Assembly (NCBI GenBank): GCA_010405405.1
Contig: MU004237.1
Coordinates: 2,119,345-2,183,344, forward strand
Source: Microthyrium microscopicum
Lineage: Eukaryota
Length of the DNA stretch: 64,000 bases
Direction: 5' to 3'
Shown in pieces: positions 61,865-64,000 of this stretch; within the stretch, counting starts at the first letter, position 1, and the number at the start of each line of letters is the position of its first letter. The position numbers and the translations under genes were made by a program. The notes beneath the pieces were generated by a model. That model saw only the letters and a list, made by a program, of their open reading frames with translations, had not been told where the DNA came from and did not search any database.

Positions 61865-62347
61865 ATGAAGCTCTCCATGATCCTCAACGTTCTCCTCCCA
61901 GTCTTCGTGACTGCGGACTGGACCATCACCTCTCTCACCTACACTCGTCCAACCAACGCCCAGGGCAATCTCAGCAACACCGTTACCTTCTCAGTCAACA
62001 TCGACGGCAGCAACACTCAGTGCAACCACACCTGGTCTTCCACTGAGCAGAACGTCAACTTCGTCGGCACCTGCTCTGACTCCCACACTCGCTTCAAGCT
62101 GTCAGGCACTTCCGATGGTGGTGGATGGGTCGATGTCTACCGCGTGGCCGAGTAAGTTTTCCCCCAGTTCCTCACTATCTTTTGTTATAGCTAACCATCC
62201 GTTCCCAGTGCCTCTGCCTACAACCACGGCGTTGCGCAGGTTCCTGTCAGCAGCCTCAGCTGCAGCCAGAACAATGGCTGGATCGTCTGTCAGAGTCGCG
62301 GAGGTATTGGCATGTCCACTCAGCGCGAGGGTGGAAGCATCCCTTAG
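61865..62347 (+). CDS. Small secreted 4-Cys protein, possibly Alt a 1/AA1-like; effector candidate (intron 62152-62208)
   Basis: Signal peptide MKLSMILNVLLPVFVTA; beta-rich WTITSL..VTFSV..TQCNHTW..GTCSDSHTRF. Intron GTAAGT..GCTAAC..CAG. Second exon ..LSCSQNNGWIVCQS..GGSIP*. Confidence 0.75.
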
Positions 62348-63224
62348 ACGGGTTCTTGGATCATGTCGGCTTGTCTGCTTGTGAATCGACTTTGCCATTT
62401 TGTGACGTGGCCAGTGGTGGACGGTGATGGCGATTTGAAGGAATTGCGATTTGTACCTGGGCTTTGAGCTACTTTAGATCATCCGCAGATTAGAGGATCG
62501 ATCAAATAAAACAGTACACATTCATCTTCGTTGTTTTTATGCCAACTGTAGTTTTTGTAAGGCCCTCGTGCGGTGATAGGGGCATCATCTCTTTCCAAGG
62601 TTCTCTTAACAGCTCCAGTTGCGCCACCATAATTGCACTTACTTGCACACTTCAATGATCGATAGATTATTTGGCGACAGTCAACAAGCGCGTCGTATAT
62701 ATCTTCAAGCCTTGCCAATGAACTTTTCGATGGATGGTCAACCTTGGAATCCCGTTCATGGGATGAGGTCAAGCCTCACACAGCCCCGGTTGGCCGCAGT
62801 TTCTCGTCTATGAGTCAACAAATCACCCGTCTAACTGGTTTCGGACACCTTTACTTCTTTGACTTCATTTTGTCTGTAAATCGGGACATATTCTATCCAT
62901 TTGCCCAAAAAGGTACTCCAGGGCAGAGTCACTGCGGTAGGAGCTGTCATAGCAGGAGTGGCAGGTTTGCTTGAGCTGTGGGATGCGACACAATGCCAGC
63001 AAGCCGCAAAGTATCCGTGATGGATGAACCTATCAAATGAATATGTCCTCTGAATCCTCACATCTTGCAATAAATATCGCTCCATGCCTTGCCAGTCTCT
63101 TACAAGGTCACATTTAATTTCCTCGCTCAAGAGCTTCGCCATCATACCTGTTCGAGGGACCACCCCATTCCACCTCCAACAACAATCCAACCACATAGCA
63201 AAACACAACACAAACTCAAAACCA

Positions 63225-64000
63225 ATGGCGTCCTTGGGCTCATTCCAAATATCATCGACCCAAACCGCCCTGGCCATAGTCCCCTTAGCAACATACACTG
63301 AATCCGTCGACACCTTCCGCGCCAAACACGACAAAGCTCACGGCAAATGGCCATCACATATCAACCTCATATACCCCTTCGTCCCACCCTCCCAACTAAC
63401 ATCCGCAATCGCCTGCATAAAGCACAGTCTCACTGAAGACTGGATAGGCGGTTTCAACGTCAATTGCGATTCACTGGGTGTCTTCCGACATGCCAAGAGC
63501 GCAACGCTATTTCTACAACCGCATGAAACGAGCGCTGAGACGTTGATACGGCTCAGGAAGGTGTTGGTGAATAGCTTGGGATGTGCGGAGAATGAAGGCC
63601 TGCATGATGGGGAGTATCGGCCGCATTGGACGGTTGGGCAGTCTGCGGTTACGGATAAATCGGTGGAGGGATTGAAGGATAAGGCGAAGGGGCTTGTTGG
63701 TGTTGATTGGGATGTCGTATCGCTGGTTGTGCTGAAGAGACGGGGACCTGGTGGGCCAATGGATATTGTGGAGCGGTATGTGTTCTTGTGTGGGGTGGTT
63801 TGAAGGTTTGAGATTGACTGACTATTGGTTAGGATTGAACTAGGACCAGTGATACAGAAACAGGCTCCTGAGAAGCAGTTGGGCTGGCTTGCAGAGGCTT
63901 CTTCAAGTCCTGCGGCTCTACCTACACCGAAGAACTGGCATGAATGCTACCATTATCGAACTGATGGGGACTGCTGGGAACCATTCACCGCATCGGACAG
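63225..64000 (+). CDS. Protein with N-terminal 2H phosphoesterase (2'-5' RNA ligase-like) domain, truncated by the window end (intron 63776-63832)
   Basis: TALAIVP..HDKAHGKWPSHINLIYPFV and PHWTVGQ, the two Hx(T/N) motifs. The frame stays open after the intron to the window edge. Confidence 0.82.

Overview
Gene-dense, intron-containing DNA from a filamentous ascomycete (Pezizomycotina). Evidence: GT-AG introns with CTRAY branch sites and RIP-mutated transposons. The species cannot be determined from sequence alone. Conserved genes occupy about 9-20 kb and 33-64 kb: uL10m/MRPL11, TRP4, an SH3 membrane protein, ZPR1, a SurE phosphatase, two MFS transporters, FAM192A/NIP30, APQ12, an AKR7-type reductase, MON2, MMS2, a Het-C family gene, ELC1, an SDR, UBA2, TRM11, a small secreted protein and a 2H-phosphoesterase gene that runs off the window end. 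An intron-containing tRNA lies at about 2.1 kb. The main accessory feature is an ~11 kb island (20.6-31.4 kb) holding five co-oriented, intronless, highly diverged paralogs. They share an N-terminal F-box-like motif and a C-terminal motif set that I do not recognise. They fall into two subtypes, one copy is pseudogenised, and a full-length RIP-inactivated Fot1/pogo transposon sits in the middle. Other points of interest: a SurE gene whose stop codon overlaps a splice donor (possible secreted vs GPI-anchored isoforms), an AAT-anticodon tRNA with a Thr-like anticodon arm, a GC-AG intron in MMS2 and a second RIP-eroded element. All family calls come from motif recognition; no database searches were run.
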